Part shown: positions 62,507 to 64,000 of the stretch, piece after piece
How positions within the stretch are numbered: position 1 is the first letter of the stretch
How the letters are laid out: every line of letters starts with the position of its first letter
Assembly: GCA_030704615.1 (NCBI GenBank)
Contig: CM060732.1
Span: 9,734,001 to 9,798,000 of the forward strand
DNA length: 64,000 bases
Reading direction: 5' to 3'
DNA from: Takakia lepidozioides
Lineage: Eukaryota; Plantae; Bryophyta
Translations under genes and position numbers: made by a program
The notes under the pieces: model-generated
Seen by the model: only the letters and a program-made list of their open reading frames with translations
Databases searched by the model: none
Told to the model about the DNA's origin: nothing

Positions 62507-64000
62507 TATTGGAGAATGCCATGTCAACACTGTGAAACTCAAGCCAGGTGGAACTAGCCGTGGAGACATGGAATTATTAGCTAGCCTAATGGCTGTAGTG
62601 CTGGCCAGCTATCTCTCTCACTAAGTTGTGTGTGTAAGGTTGCTCCTTCGTAGTTATGGTAGCACTACCTCTGTGTGTGTGTCTGAGAGCTTAAGTATGC
62701 TCTGTACCTAGCCTGGTTTGGTACAGAGTTGTAACTCAGCATATCTATGGTATAATATATGTATTATGGTTGTTTGCGAAGCGATGGTGAAGTGTGTATG
62801 AAGCAGTCTAGCTACTTGTGTGAGCAGAGTGATAAAGATCAGTCTAGTTTATCTTGTAACACAGTGGATATCATCCATTAGGTTATGGGCTCCTTTGCTT
62901 AAGTATGTGCACTCTGTGTCAGAAGCATATTTTATTTGTAGTACGTGTGTCTTTCTCGGTATTTGTCTACAGTAGCATCTTTTCTTGCTACGTCTACGGC
63001 TCGTGCATGAGCCTACTAAGTATACAACTCTGCTTATAGTCTATTTCTTTTGAGTCTGTGGGTTCTTGCATCAGCCCATTACCAATCTTTGTTGTGGCAA
63101 ACATGGTGTAGCTTCATCTTGTTTTTCTTTGTTTTTATCTTTCTTTATTGCGGGATCTTGCATGAGCCTATCGTCGTACTAGTTTTTTTTTTTTTTTTTT
63201 TTTTTGTCCTTCTTGCGGGCCGTTTGGCCGTGCACCAAGGAAATTGTATTCCCTGCAGCAGTTCGTGTCCAGCCGCCATGGCTGACAACACTCACGATCT
63301 TGGTAGCATAGCCCGTTTTAGGGGGGATAATTTCCATTTATGGAAATTCCAGATGCGAGCCATTCTTCTTGGCAAGGAGCTTATGGACATCGTTGATGGT
63401 GCCTCGCCCAAACCAGAGGAAACCGCTTCCGCTGCAGTTCGGTCAGAATGGGTTAAGCGGGACAGCCAAGCTTTTAGCCTTCTTTGTCAGGCATTGGATG
63501 AGTCCATGCTCAAGCACATATAATTCATGAGCAGAATGCCTCAAAGAATGTACACACGATGCAGCAGGAGTTTTACAAGTGTGCCATGGTTGAAGGGGAG
63601 AGTATTGCTGATTTTCTTGGCAAGATAGAGCTCATTGTGTCTCAGCTGGCTAATCGCGGGGACACTACCTTCAATGAGCAGGCCATAGTGTCCAAGATTC
63701 TCTGCAACCTTTCAAGAGCGTTTGACAACATGATTCCTGCATGGCGCATGCAACCGACTGCCTCCAAGACCCTGACAAACCTCACCTTACAGCTCCTTCA
63801 GACGGAAGGGACTCTCAAGACACGGTCAGATGCCACCATTGCCTCAGCCCAGGCATACGCTGCTACAATGAAAGGGAAGAACTCGACAGAGTACACCCCT
63901 GAGCAATGTGCGGCAAGAAGGAAGGAGATTCTTGATCGCAAGAAAGTCACCGAATGCTGGAAGTGTGGCAAGAACGGCCACTAGGGTCGCGAATGCACGG
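62507..64000 (+). mobile_element. Ty1/copia element, 5' part (LTR ~62507-62880, half-tRNA-Met PBS 62881-62892, decayed gag from 63278); continues past the window
   Basis: gag MADNTH..RFRGDNFHLWKFQMRAIL..DIVDG..W..RDSQA, UBN2-like region, CWKCGKNGH*GREC knuckle. PBS GGTTATGGGCTC. Confidence 0.85.

Overview
Eukaryotic nuclear DNA from a land plant, probably a bryophyte or other non-seed plant. The evidence is GT-AG introns, a plastid sigma factor and a PIF with moss-like motifs. Only two host genes look intact: a 7-exon plastid RNA polymerase sigma factor (SIG2/sigB-like, + strand, about 2.7-8.4 kb) and a 7-exon phytochrome-interacting bHLH factor (PIF, - strand, 26.8-30.8 kb). The rest is nested transposable elements and captured gene fragments. 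The most unusual object is a Ty3/gypsy element at 18.9-23.6 kb (-). It reads LTR, tRNA-Ala PBS, an intact 306-aa orphan ORF, gag, a UUUAAAC -1 frameshift with a stem-loop/pseudoknot, protease, a catalytically degenerate dUTPase-like domain and RT. Its apparent 3' half (integrase tail plus second LTR, with a matching 4-bp flank) lies about 18 kb away in the opposite orientation, which suggests an inversion that carried SIG2. Also present are a 5'-truncated Dualen-like LINE (RNase H + CCHC + restriction-like endonuclease, 11-bp TSD) and a Helitron-like element carrying fragments of three RNA-processing genes. There is also a PIF/Harbinger-like pack element with heparanase and PARP1 fragments, a TTAA-flanked piggyBac-like element, a full-length decayed chromovirus with TG...TA LTRs, a half-tRNA-primed copia, a tRNA-derived SINE family, L1 fragments and several MITEs. 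All calls come from manual reading; no database searches were run.
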